A DNA stretch of 59,146 bases, counting the filler, from Basidioascus undulatus (taxonomy: Eukaryota): the NCBI GenBank assembly GCA_000826855.1. It is 4 parts of 4 records of this genome, joined end to end, with 100 filler letters (N's around TTAATTAATTAA, not from the genome) between each part and the next. Parts side by side here need not be neighbours in the genome. Positions count along the whole stretch, not along the records: positions 1 to 29,809 come from JTLS01000122.1; 3 more parts are not named here. The stretch is one strand, 5' to 3'. Both the position numbers and the translations under genes were made by a program. Position 1 is the stretch's first letter. Each line of letters starts with the position of its first letter. The notes beneath the pieces were generated by a model. The model ran no database searches. It was not told the DNA's origin and saw nothing but the letters and a program-made list of their open reading frames with translations. Shown in pieces: positions 12,206 through 24,692 of the stretch.

Positions 12206-13826
12206 TCAGAGATGCGCCTGCCGCGGCCGAACAGCCGCTTCTACCAACTCAGCAACGTCGTGTGCCATGCCCCAGCTCGCTTGGAAACCAGCGGGTCCAA
12301 TGCCACTGCGGTGAGTTTGAATCAGCCCGAAGTCAGCGATACGCAATAGCGACACGAAAGACCAGACGCACTAGGCATGAACAACCACGCCCTCCTTCCG
12401 TGGCAGCGGCGGCTGGGCCGGCTTCAGGCTCGACGAGAGCGGCAAAGCGATCTTCTCTGCTTCGAGGCGCGGTCCGCCGCGACGAGACGGGCGAAGTCCG
12501 ACGTTGTGACGCAGTATCGGCGCGTCCTTGAGAGCGGGCTCGAGCGCTATGCAGCGCTGCCGAATGTCCTCCGCGAGGTTGTAATCGACAGACAGGTCCC
12601 AGTTGCCGACCTGAGAGTTTCTACTCGTTCAGCGATATTCCCACTCGCGGTCGGATAAGACGTTCAGCGTACCTGGAAGCAGCCGCCCATGATGACCTCG
12701 CCTCCCGGCCTTGGGATGATGTAGCTCGCCTCTTTCTTTCCTCCTGTTCACCGATAGCGTAAGAGGGTGATCAAGTTGACGGAAAGGTCTTACGGACCTT
12801 TACTCTCAAGGTGCATGATGCACGTCTTGACGTGGGGTGCCTTGACCAGTATCGTTTGGCCGCGGATAGGCTCGACAGCGAGGTCCTCCACCCCGATAAT
12901 GGACTTCGCACCTGGGATTCACCACAACATTAGTCACTTAGCAGCCTTTATGATATGGGATTGCACTTTGAGCGCAGAAAAAGCCCTACCAAGCCCGGTT
13001 GCGTTCACCACAACGGTATTGCCGCTCGCGAAAGCCTCTTCGATGCTTTGGACCGTCCGGCGCTCGATGACGACCCCGAGAAGACGCAGTTGGCTCGCGA
13101 GCCATTGAATGTAGATGGGCGCGTTCACAGACAGCGTGGTAAAGGATACACCAGCCTGCGTGGATTGTCGATGAGTTCGGCGCATTGCGCAATTCTTACA
13201 ACACGACTGACCTTCTTGCCCTGCGGCAGCTCGTCATCGCGCAAGCGGCGATACTGCAGTTGCGAGAGCCACACCATGGTCAGCGTTACAGCCACCGTAT
13301 CACAAAGTGGAAGCTTGCATCAGCGTAAAGGTCCTTGAACCTGAACTTCCAGAGCCGTTAGCAGAGCTGTGAAAAGAAGACGTGAAATGAAGCTCACCAG
13401 TGCTTTTCGAGCTCCTTCTCGTCACCCACGTACGACAGCGCCGGAAGCTCCTGTAGTACGCGTCTAAGGATGAGCGTAGTCCCTCAAATCTCAGTTAGAT
13501 GCTGTTATACCATCGCCACGCCGCGAGGGATGAGCGACCAGAGTTTCTTGCTGTCGATCGTAACAAACGAATGAGCGACCTCGTGTCGTGCTGATAAGAC
13601 TCCGCACTCACAAAGTCGCAGTCTCCCACCGAACGGACAACGGGTCATCGTCGAAGGGGTTGTGGTTAGCGCCAGCCCAAGGCGAAGCGAACTGCTGGCT
13701 GTGCGTGTCCTCCGGGAGGTCGCGAGCGAGAATGTGAACGGCGAAGCCGCGCTCGGCGAGGACGAGCGCCGACGTGAGTCCGATCACTCCGGAGCCGATA
13801 ACGACGACTTGAGGCTGGTTAGTCAT
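12206..13826 (-). CDS. DAO1: D-amino-acid oxidase, peroxisomal (C-terminal AHL), multi-exon
   Basis: [14 protein letters not shown] (FAD GxGxxG), [84 protein letters not shown]. Collinear with Rhodotorula DAAO as I recall it. Confidence 0.95.
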
Positions 13827-14817
13827 TTGCTTTAGAGGAGGAGATGGGAAGGAGTGGACGCGAGTGCAATGAGGGCGAAGGAGAGGACGCGGCGGTTACG
13901 GGGCAAATCTACTTTAGCGGGCGTTCCCGACGGCAAATGGCCATCCTGAGCTTGGAGATAGGCGTCCGCCCCCACTGCGCCCCCACGCGAATGTTGATAC
14001 GATACGTTCTTTCCAAAGTAACCATGAACTACCTATGTGTTTGGCAAATCCTTTTGGAATCCATGCGATCTTTCTCTGTAATGCGACAGCTGAGGATGCC
14101 GTGCTGTTTCTGTCAACAGAGATCGGTGCTGGCTGGCATGACTTGGCCGTCGGCGAACCGCCGCTCGGCGCCAGGAGCATTCTTATTGCGTCGGGAACTG
14201 TCTGGATGCTTCTTGTCGGGCCCCAGGTTCCGAGTTGATAAGCAGTTGGTGCGCTGGTTGGCCGGTCTTCTCGCTTAGTTGCTCACGCATACCGAGGACA
14301 CGCCCATTGGCCCACTTGAGAAAGGTCCACTGTGTGTTGTTCGAATGAAAGTTGCGCGTACAACATGGCACATGAGAGCCAAAACGAGCGTTAAAAAGAG
14401 CTGTGAGGTGCTGGTGGTGTTGCGGAGGCTGTTCTGTGTGATCACGAGAACAAGAAACCAAGGCGGCAGTATCAGCAAGCCAGCGTTCTCCATGCCTGTG
14501 CTGCTCCAGACAGGAAAACACAGCCCGGGACACTGCCGTGCACGGGAGGCGTGAGACGAAAAGCGGGGGTATGCCAATGACGGTCCTTCAATGCGTGTTG
14601 GTACAGTGGTGCGTGCAAGACAATAAGCGTGTGGACAAAAGGGGCGTAACACGTAAACAAGAAGAGAATAGGCGGTGCTGAATAAAGAGAGAATTGATGG
14701 TGACGTTTCACGTGAAAGCAGAACGAGCGTGGAAGACGAATAAGCAAGATGGCGTGTGCGAGACTGTGTAGAATCCGGAAACAATGCAAATGGGCGGAGT
14801 GGGAGGATTCCCGAGCG

Positions 14818-16162
14818 CTATTGCGGGGTATCGACGTCGTCCTGACTTGAGTGGTCCGAGTCGCCGTCGGGCGGCGGCGGTATTGCGTGGAGCGCGAGCG
14901 TCGTGCCCCAGTCGGGCAGATGCTCGGTGTCGAGCAGCGGGCGCACGCGCGCCTCGTCGAACGACTTGATGAAGTTCTGGTCGTTCGCGCGCTCCTTGGG
15001 CGTCGAGAAACGCGAGTACTCATCGAGCGCGTCCTGGAGCGGCCAACGCTGCAGCTTGCGCAGGCACGCGACGAGGGATCCGGTGCGGTGCTTTGTAGAG
15101 GTTTCAAGCGTCAGCACGACCATCGGATTCGAGATCAGAAAAGATGCGAACGTACTTTGCCTTTGTTGCAATGGACCTACGTGCGTCAGGATGGTTATTA
15201 CGCAAGCCATGGGAAGGATTAAGAAGCCACGGACGAGGATAGGATGATTTCGCCAGTCGAGGATCGTGAGGAGAGCGGCGGTCATCTCGCGCGATGGATC
15301 TATGAAAAGAACAGCAATCAGCTCCAGCCCTGGCACAAACGCCGCATGCGTGAAGCGGCACCCACTGTACGGTTCCTGAAGAGGGAAACACGAAAGAGGG
15401 TTATGCGCCGATCGCGCAGAGGAGTGGGAAGGAGATGGGGGCTTGCCTTTGTGCCGGGGACTCCGAACTGGAAGAACTGGACACCCTCATCCTCCAAGAA
15501 AACCATATTCTCCTCCGGGTAGTCCTCTTGGACCAGTGTCCTGTTTTAGCGAGCAAACCAGCCAACAGATGAGCGCTCCACCGGACAACGCCGAACGCCC
15601 AAGGAACGACTCACAGGACGCTCTTGAGTCCCAATGATCGCAGGAACGGGAAGTGCTTCCGTTTCGGGAACGAGGAGCGGTATACGCCCGGCGCCACTTC
15701 GCTGAAGTTGTCGGGGGGCACGATCGGGGGCTCGTCGCCATCGAGCGCGTACGGGAACGAGGACGAGCTGGAAGACGTGACGGAGGAGTTGGAGGAGAAG
15801 GTGGATGGGGAGAACGTCGAAGAGGCCGAGGAGTAGTCGGAGAGCGGTGGGAGGCTGATGGGATGCGGGGTGGGCATGCCATTGCTCGCGGTGGGGAGGA
15901 AGGGCGAGGTCGCAGCGGAACAGAATGGCGACGGCGATGGCGCGGATGCGGGTGCTGACGCGGCGGACAGCGGGCTCGACGTGGGCATCTCTTCCGCCCT
16001 CGGTGTCGCGTCGATGTCGGCGTCCTGCGATATAGACGATGGCGGTGGCATGCTGGTCGCCGTGCACGACGCGTGTCGGAGGACAGGCGTCGAGTCGGAG
16101 TGGTCGTGCGAGCTGCGGACTGCCGTGTGGTCCGTCGGCATCTGCACCGTGTCGTCCGACAT
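14818..16162 (-). CDS. SIW14: Siw14/Oca-family (Y_phosphatase2) inositol-pyrophosphate/tyrosine phosphatase
   Basis: PPDNFSEVAPGVYRSSFP..FLRSLGLKSVL|TLVQEDYP..GTK|EP..RNHPIL|VHCNKGK|HRTGSLVACLRKLQRW..DEYSRF; the catalytic CX5R is intact. Confidence 0.85.
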
Positions 16163-16799
16163 CGAGGACGGCTGCGCGTGGGGCGGGAGACCGGTTTGAA
16201 TCTCGGGTGTATGCGCAGCTGTGGGAGTGGAAGTCGCCGAGGAAGAAGCGGGCGGAGGGGCGTGTTGGATGGGCTGCAGCGGGCTGTCGATGCTCAGAGG
16301 AACGGGCGACGGCGGGGCTTGGACGCGGATGGGGGATATTGACTGTAGCGGAGGGGAATTGGCATGCTCTGGTCGTCTGGAAATTGGGGCGCGTCGTGGC
16401 TGATAAAGAGTATATGCCGGCGTGTCTGGGGGCGTATGTGGTGGAAAGATGCAAAAGGCAAACAAGGCGGCTGGAGGGGAGAGAGGGCAAATTGCGGAGA
16501 CGGAGGCACTCGCCCGCTGCTTTCGGCGCCGGCCGGACAGCGTCGGACGCCGGTTACATCTTCGCCTTCATCCGAGGCAAGCTCCGTGGCAGCTCTGCTC
16601 TTTAAGGCAAGAGATCAAACACAATCATCCATGTGAGATACATACAACATTGACAGCACACTGATCCTCAGCGTAGACTTCGTGAATCCGCTAGTAGTCA
16701 TTGAATTCTTGGCTCGAACTTCGCGCAGCACAGGTACAGGATGTTCAGGTACACTTCCCCCCTCAAGAATATATCATCACATGTCTTCAAACGTCTCTC

Positions 16800-19526
16800 T
16801 CAAGCCTTTCCGAGACCGCCCATGGTGATCAGCTTGGTCGTCATGTACCTGTAGAGCAAAGTCAGTCAGAGATGTCGAGCATTGAGTCGTCCAAGGAACG
16901 GCTGCGCACTCGTGGATACCCTCCTTGCCGCCCTCGCGTCCGAAGCCAGACTCCTTGACACCGCCGAAGGGAATGACGGCTTGGGAGATGAGGCCGGTGT
17001 TGCTATGGTAAACGTTTTGGTGAGCTGGGGCACGACTGTCTCGTTCTGAGCTGCACTTACACGCCGACCATGCCAACCTCAAGCGCCTCCGCCACGCGCC
17101 AGATGCGGCCGATGTCGCGGGAGTAGAAGTAACTGAAAAGGTACGAGGGTAAGGGTGGCAAACGAGCGGTGAATCATGCAGAAACGTACCCAGCCAGACC
17201 AACGTCAGTGTTGTTGGCCAGTTCCTGCGGTCGGGTCGCGCGTGAGCTCAGAGCAGAAGCCATCGAATGCGGGGCAGACTCACCAGGACCTCCGCCTCAG
17301 TCTCGAACCGGACAATAGCAGCCAGGGGACCGAAGGTCTCCTCGTCGTTCACCAGCTGTAGCGAGGCGGGAGTCATCAGCGACACATCAACCTAGGCTGT
17401 AGACCGGCAAAAGACGCACCGCATCGGCAGAGACGTTCGCGAGAACGGTAGGCTCGAAGAAGTTGCCCTTACCGCGCTTGCCGCCAACGAGAACTTCGGC
17501 GCCCTTCGAGACCGCGTCCTTGACATGGCTCTCTACCTTGTCGACCGAGCGGGCGGCGATGAGGGGACCGTGGGTACTGTGGGCGCGAGCATCAGCCTCG
17601 ACTTCCGCAAGGGAGTGAGGGGAGATCAACGCACGTGTCCGGGTCAATGCCGTGGCCGACCTTGAACTTGTCGACCTTCTCGGCGAGGCGGGAGGCGAAC
17701 TCGGGGAACACGGAGGACCTGGAACAAAGTGTGCGTGTCAGAAAGGCGACGTCGGCTCTGGTCGAAACAGCGAGAAACGTACTGGACGAAGATGCGGTTC
17801 GCGCAGACACAAGTTTGGCCAGAGCTGCGGAACTTGCAGGAGACGGCACCTGCCATTGGATCGGATCAGCTGAAGGGTCTCATGGTAAGGCCATGGCAAC
17901 CCACCCTCAACAGCGGCGTCGATGTCACTGTCGTCGAAGACGATGAAGGGGGCGTTGCCGCCGAGCTCCATGGACAGCCTGCGAGCAACAAGGAACGAAT
18001 CAGCAGCTGGACGCGCTATGTCTCGGCCGGATCGCGCCTACTTCTTCAGAGTCGAAGAGGACTGCTCCATGAGGATCTTGCCGACGCGGGTGCTGTTAAA
18101 TTGCCACATTCAGATACTGCGTCCGCAAATAGCGAAGTAAACCCTGATGCTCACGAGCCAGTGAACGAGACCTTCTTAACCGTCTTGTTCTCGCAGATCT
18201 CCTTGCCGATCGCAGCAGTGTTCTTGTCGGTCGTGACAACGTTGATCACGCCGTCGGGAATGCCGGCGCGGGTCGCCAGCTATTGGGAAATGAGAGTCGT
18301 GAGCGACGAGCACAGCCAGAAAAGGCACTTTTATTGGCGCACCTCGGCAAGCGCGAGCGCGGAGAAGGGCGTCTCGGCGGGGGCCTTGATGACGACCGTG
18401 CAGCCAGCCGCGATTGCCGGGGCGACCTTGCTGTGAACGCAGAGGCACTCCTGATGTCAGTTATGCCTTTAAAGTACACAGTTCTTTGAAAAACTGACCG
18501 AGTAATCATTGCGCTCGGGAAGTTCCAAGGCGTCTATTCCAGGCAAAGGTCAGCAAGATGATGGCGGGCTGAACGTGATCGAGACAGCGGACCAGGATAC
18601 CACAAACGCCAATCCTGTGCGAGGGCGACAAAATCAGCTAGCGCTCGGTCGCCCTCTGGATATCGCGACGTACGGCTGTTTCACCACCAAGTTCCGGAGG
18701 CCGGGGTTGGCGGACGGGATCACGTCGCCGTACGTGCGAAGCGCCTCGCCGGCAAACCATTCGCAGAAGCTCGCAGAGTACGTGTTCTCGCCCTGGGGGT
18801 ATATATGTTGCGTAAGCAGGTAGCTCCTCAACACCTGAACGATAATGTACCTTCGCATCGGCCAGAGGCTTGCCGTTCTCGGCCGTCTGGAAGCGAAGTC
18901 GAGGTCGGGCATCAGCTCCGCAAGGTGCACGACCCGAGGATGAAGAGACGAGGACGTACAATGATCCTCGCCAGATCCTCAGCGTTCTCATTCATCAGCT
19001 GGAACAGCTTGACCAGCATGTCATGACGGGACTGTGTGGAGATGGCGTCAGCCTCGATGATAAGATAAGTACACCCGGCTGCAACGCACCTTCGCCGTGG
19101 TGGTCGAGAAGGTCTTGAAAGTCTGCGCGGCCACAGCAATCGCCTCCTTGGTCTCCTCTACACCCATCTCCGGCACGGACCCGATGATGTTCCCGTTGCC
19201 GGGGTCTGTGGTCCCACAACGACGCTGAGATCGTCCGCTTATCACTCAAGATGGCTTCCGCAACGTACCGTCAACCTCAAACGTCTTGCCATCCTTCGCG
19301 TCCACCCACTTCCCACCGATGAACGCCTTCGTCTTCCAGAGGCTAAGGTCTTTGAGACCAAGCTGTCCGAGCAGAGGATTCAACTCGCCGATCACTGTGG
19401 GTTCGTTACCACACGTACGGGGTTGCTAGCAGAGGTCGCCATTGTGCTTCGTACAGTCAAGGGGATGGTTCGTCGGGCTAGAAAGGTCGCAGTGGAAACT
19501 CTAGGAGCAGTAAGGAGGCGGAACAT
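16800..19526 (-). CDS. UGA2: Succinate-semialdehyde dehydrogenase (ALDH5/GabD type), many exons, N-terminal mitochondrial presequence
   Basis: [137 protein letters not shown]. Confidence 0.9.
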
Positions 19527-21005
19527 GGGGGTCAAGGTGGTGAAATAGGGAACGGTTGGGCAAGGCCAACCCGGACAGGAAGAGCCGAGCACCTCCACCG
19601 AGCCGACGCTTCGCGTGACGTACCATCGACCGCGACGACAGCGTCGATCTGCTGTCTGCACCGCTCTGCTGACCTTCAGGCAGGCTAAACCTCCGACGGA
19701 ACTCCGCTAGATTTGGATGGCTGCAATGGCCGAAGTCCGCCAATAATCGTGCTCACTCAACGGGCGTTGCAGCGAGACGGCCGCAGGCGGGCTGGAGGTT
19801 AGCTGCGCTTGAGCCTAAACCTGGACGAGGCAGCCGCCGGCTACAGACGGTCCCTCGTCCACTTTTGCTTGCTTTCACCGCTTGCTGCAATCAACGCCGG
19901 AAAGGTAGAAGAACTTGTAAACCTGGGTAGATGCCGCTTCGTACCGAGGCCCCTGTCGATGTTACCACTTTGCCGACGCTTACACTAATGCCCGTTGGAC
20001 ATGCACAGCGATGGGAGAACACGAACACGTTGGTAGTAATCTGCGGAGTAGTATTCCGTTCAGATTGTGTTCTGTATCGAATCCTTGGTGTGGACCTTAC
20101 GCCTGCGCAGGGTATTCCGGACCTGGGCCGAACTGTCGTCGCTAGAAGGTCCGTGCGACCATGCTCCGGGGATGATATGCTTGTCTCCGCCAGCAGCGCC
20201 AGGCTTCGTTTCCTCCGTATAGTCATGGTGATGCTTGCTTGGGACTCAAACAATCTGAGCTGTAACCCTCCCGCAGGATAGGAAGAGGCCTGCATCCGGA
20301 CGGTGCCTTTTTCCGCAACTGCCACAGCTTCAAGCCGGACATAGAATGTGTTCTGACATAGCGTGAGTTCACCGAGAAAATTCCGAGACCAGAAAGCGGC
20401 CTGCAACTTTCTGTCGGTCTTCAGTGACGGACAAGCGGACTTGTACAAGAAGAAGAACAAAATCTCGCAAGCACGTGGCACTGTCAAACACGCGAAAATT
20501 CAGATTACCCAGTGATTCAAGGGAGACCCACGTAGGGGACGCTGACTGACACCTCGGTGAGAGCCTAGAGAGACTGTTCATGAAGGTGAAGAGAGTACGT
20601 ATATTTCATGGTCTCTGCGCGATTGAAGTGGATGCAGAAGTCTCCGCTAGAAGTCATCTCACTGATACTCACCACCTGATTCTATTACTTGTATGGTTTT
20701 ACCGGGTGGGTGAGGAGAATTGGAAGTCATAGCGGGGTAGGAATGCTGGACAAATGACCAACTTGCTATAGACGGCTGAACGTCCCTTTCTCTTGGAAGC
20801 GACTTTCAAGGAGCAGATGAAATGGTATTTTTATATTCAGCAATCATTTACAGTGCTGTACGAGCCACCGCTACCAGCCTCATGCTCAATCTCTGCAAAC
20901 AAGCTCCCGGCTCACTAGAAACCATGACCGCTGCACTGCGGCCGCGCTGCTTCCACCTTCCGGCTCGCTCTCCTCCTTCCTCGTCTCAATACCACATCAC
21001 TCGTC

Positions 21006-22556
21006 ATGGTGGAGTCACCAAGCACAACACGCGCATTCACATACACAGTCCCCTCCTCCCCGCCCGGTCCAGACGCGGTGCACGGACCTGTCGAAGTGCC
21101 CGTCCCACAGCCAGGCGCACACGATGTGGTTGTGGAAGTGAGTGTCCTATTTTCAGATCATTCTGCCTTCCTTTAGCTTGGTGGTGGATTGAGTATATGG
21201 ACTGTTTTGGGACACGCAGGTCCATGCTGCAGCCCTCAACCCCGTCGACATCCAGCTGGCCAACTTCCCGCTCTGGTCGTACCTCCCCTCGCGCCTGGCG
21301 AACATCGAGAAGGGCGTAGGCTGTCCGTCTCTTTCAATTGCTCTTCTCCCCCTACAGCCCTTTCGAATCCTTTCCCCAATCACCCAGGTGACTTTTCCGG
21401 CACCGTCATCAGCGCGGGCACGTCCGTCCCGCCGACCTACGGCGCCGGGACGCCACTCTTCGGGCTGCACATGCCCCTCCCTCCCTCGTTCCAGGGCACG
21501 CTGCGCGAGCATCTCGTCATGAACCCCACGGCCGACGGGAGTCCCTACGTGGTCAAACCGCCGGAGCTGGAGCATAGAAAAGCGGCGGCAATCCCGCTCG
21601 CTTTCATGACGGCGCATACCGCGCTGGACGGGCTGCCGCCCAACCCGAATGTCGCCGTCCTGGGTACGTTACTTCTTCCTCTCAGGACCACCACGCGAGC
21701 TGATTAATTGATCCCCGTGTTCAGGCGCTAGTGGCGGCGTGGGCGTCTTCGCAGTCCAAATTGCCAAGAGGCTCCTGAACGCCTCCCGGGTTGTGGGGTC
21801 GTGCTCCCCGGCCAAGGCAGAGCTGGTACACCGCTTGGGCGCAGACGAAATAGTGGACTATACGAAGGCGGACGAGAGATTGGTGGATCAGCTGGCAAAG
21901 AACATGCCGGCAAAGGGGTGGGACATCGTCTTGGATTGCGTCGGCGGCACGGAGGTGGTTAGGGAGCGGGGGAAGTTGTGCTCGAAGGAAGGGAAGGGGT
22001 TCGTCAGTGAGTACAACGTGTTCGGGAACATTCTTTCGAGGGACTTGGCACTCACGAAGCGGGTTGGTGGTCAGGCATTGTAGGAGACAAGACCGGCAGA
22101 ACGTGCGTATCACCCAGTATCACTGCCTAAATTCTCCCATTGATTGGCGGCTCATACGTGTGCGACCCCCTACTCCAGACAGATGGGAGGTTCTATTCTC
22201 CTCCTCACGCACCCGCGCATAGGGCTCCGTCAACTCGCCTCTTACCTCAAACTCGTCCCGAAGTAGGCCTCAACCTCATTTCGGTCACATCCCCATTTCC
22301 CCCTCCGCCCCCTGTCCCGTCCTCTTTCCCCCTATCATTGCTGAGGCCGTCGATTCCGGACAGGTACCAGCTAATCTACCTCACCCCACACCGCCGACAC
22401 CTCTCCCCGGCGCTCGAGCTGCTCTCGCGTGGAGAGCTAGAAATCCCGCTGGACTCAGAGTGGGACTTTACGCATGAAGGCGTTGTGAAGGGCGCGTTTA
22501 CCAGGCTGTTGGAGGGGCACACAACGGGGAAGATTGTGGTCAAGGTGAAAGAGTGA
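21006..22556 (+). CDS. MDR-superfamily NADPH oxidoreductase (zinc-independent, Yim1/Ast1/RTN4IP1-like), multi-exon
   Basis: DVVVE|VHAAALNPVDIQ..GVGC|DFSGTV..GTLREHL..AAAIPLAFMTA..VAVLG|ASGGVGVFAVQIAK..LGADEIVDY..DIVLDCVGG..GHTTGKIVVKV*. Confidence 0.85.
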
Positions 22557-23490
22557 GATTGGAGGGTGAGTGGGCTGGGTCTGGCGTGTGTACACGTATA
22601 CGTCGCAAGTGGATCCGAGTGGGCGTTTTGGGTGAAGAAGAGCGACACGACCACACTGTATTACTTTACGCACTGCAGTGCACTATGGAAGGTTGAATTG
22701 ACATCGGGAAGGTCCTTACCGTCCTTTGCGGTCCCTCAGGTCATCTACATGGTGACGATGTTCGGTATTCAAAGTCAAAGGTCAGCGTTCTTACGATAGT
22801 AGGCCAAAGGGAGGACCCGTGAACTGTCCGCACAACACAATTGCAGTGCATGTGGCGTTGGCCAGTTTATCTTGCTCTTTACATGTTGCGACTGTTAAAG
22901 TTACACCCATGAGAACACGGCAGGTTTGGGCAGCGGGCAGGCAGTCTTGAATCGGGCATGCCACGGCATCAGCCTGCTGTATCGGTCCAGCCCATTGCAT
23001 GCCGGGGCCGCCAGGCTGCCCAGGGAGCTTGGCTATTCTTTGATGATGCCAAAACTTTACAGGCTTCCCCTTGTATCATGAAGAAAATACACCTGTCTGG
23101 GGGCCCAGAGATCTCCCGAACTAGGCAAAACAGACGAGACAGGAAACAGACTGCGCCACACCGAGCCCGCAATCGCTCTGCCCCTTTCCCGGTGGCTGGC
23201 GAAGTCGGATAGTAAGGTGTATTCTGTAATATGTATTCCTGGGAGAGGTTCCGAAAAATACCCATGAGCGCTGAGCCCAGATGTTCCCACAACTTGGACT
23301 TCCCACTCCTCCTTCTTCAGCGTCCAGACGTTCAGAAAATATCCTTCCCTAGCACTATCGGCTTCCACTTCCTGGCCGCTCTTCCCCTTGACAGGCGGGT
23401 CTTCAAGGCTACTGTAATACATCTGGTCCTGGGTTCATTGAGATGAGGAAAGAAGAGCTAACGGCAAAGGACGATCTCAACTGGCTGCAG

Positions 23491-24692
23491 TTTTCGCCGC
23501 ACTCGCCATTGCCTTGGCCGAAGCCCTCTACCAAGGCACCAATGCGATGTTCTAGTGTGGCCTCCTTAATACGTACCACCCTCTGCCGACGAACCGTAAG
23601 CTCGCCAGGTGCGCTTGTTCTGGTTCGACCCTACATCTGATTGATGAGGGGCCTCTCTTCTAGTAACTACCCCAATGCGGCGCCTTTCATACTCCCTTGC
23701 ACACTTTACGCCTTTCTCAGGCCTCCCGTGCACGGATTGGACTACGGTGCGCCGAATTGGCTGCTCCTGCTCCCCCTCACATTGTGAGAGCCCCGTTCAT
23801 TTCCTGGTGTTCACATTTTCTGAGACTGAGCACGTCGCGAAAGCCTTCACATCTTCGGGCATGACTTCTACTTCTTCGCACTCCGCTGCTCGTTTTACCT
23901 CTCCCGCAAGCTCCACCACATCTTTTATGAGAGTGAGATACAGCGACGTCAACGCCATGTGGGATCGGCGAGCTGACGCATTGCCGTCTAACTACAAAGT
24001 ACCACGACTACTCCCACGCGATGAACGTTTCCGTCGTCGGATACACCGAAGTCCTCGAAAATATGCTGCAAGTTGGCGAAGCCTGGGCGTCGTGGACGGC
24101 TTTCGTCTCGTCGGTGCTTCCACCGTCCCTCGGCGGCGGGAACGTTTGGATGGTCATCCTCCTCCTGTCGCTCACGCTGTTCACCACCCTCGTCGGCCAT
24201 AGCGACTACAATATGCACCCGTTCGTTATTTTTCTGTCATAATTTCATGTCCGGAGCGCGTACTGATAGTACGGGACAGGGCGATCGGGCTCTTCCACCC
24301 CCTCATCTTCCCTGTCGGCCTCGTCTTCGGGAAGCACGCCCTCACGCCCGGCGACCACCAGTGCACCACTCGCACCGCCGCGTCAACTTTGGGCTCTTCT
24401 TCCGGGTACGTGCCTCACTCGTCGTCAGTGAGTGACGTTCTCGCGGACTTGAGCTCACCGCAATCATGCGCTCAGTGGAATGACAAGCGTGCTGGAGGCT
24501 ACCAGCGCTGCGAAGCGAAGGTACGTTGGTTAATATATCCATTTTGAGAGAGGTATCCAGGAAGACGGTTAACACATTCGTTTTCCTCATCTCACAGTCC
24601 CAAGGACGTGCAGTATTGGAAGGCACGATTTCCAGCTTAAGAGGAAGAAGAAGGTCGCATTCGAGCTGGTAGAGACCTTTTGGGGCTTCTGA
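23491..24692 (+). pseudogene. Fatty-acid hydroxylase/sterol-desaturase family pseudogene
   Basis: Remnant exons: HIFGHDFYFFALRCSFY.., YHDYSHAMNV..TEVLENMLQVG, TLVGHSDY, DH/VHHSHRRVNFGLFFR. Lesions: in-frame TAG near 23552, His boxes eroded, 1-nt frameshift near 24360, no 5' end found. Boundaries are approximate. Confidence 0.75.

Noticed and set aside
12262..12280. Suspected frameshift near the DAO C-terminus
   Set aside because: On recount the C-run is 4 nt, so the frame [11 protein letters not shown] is intact.
14706..14717. Perfect 12-bp palindrome TTTCACGTGAAA (E-box core) upstream of DAO
   Set aside because: A single short site that could easily arise by chance, and it probably lies in the SIW14 3' UTR.
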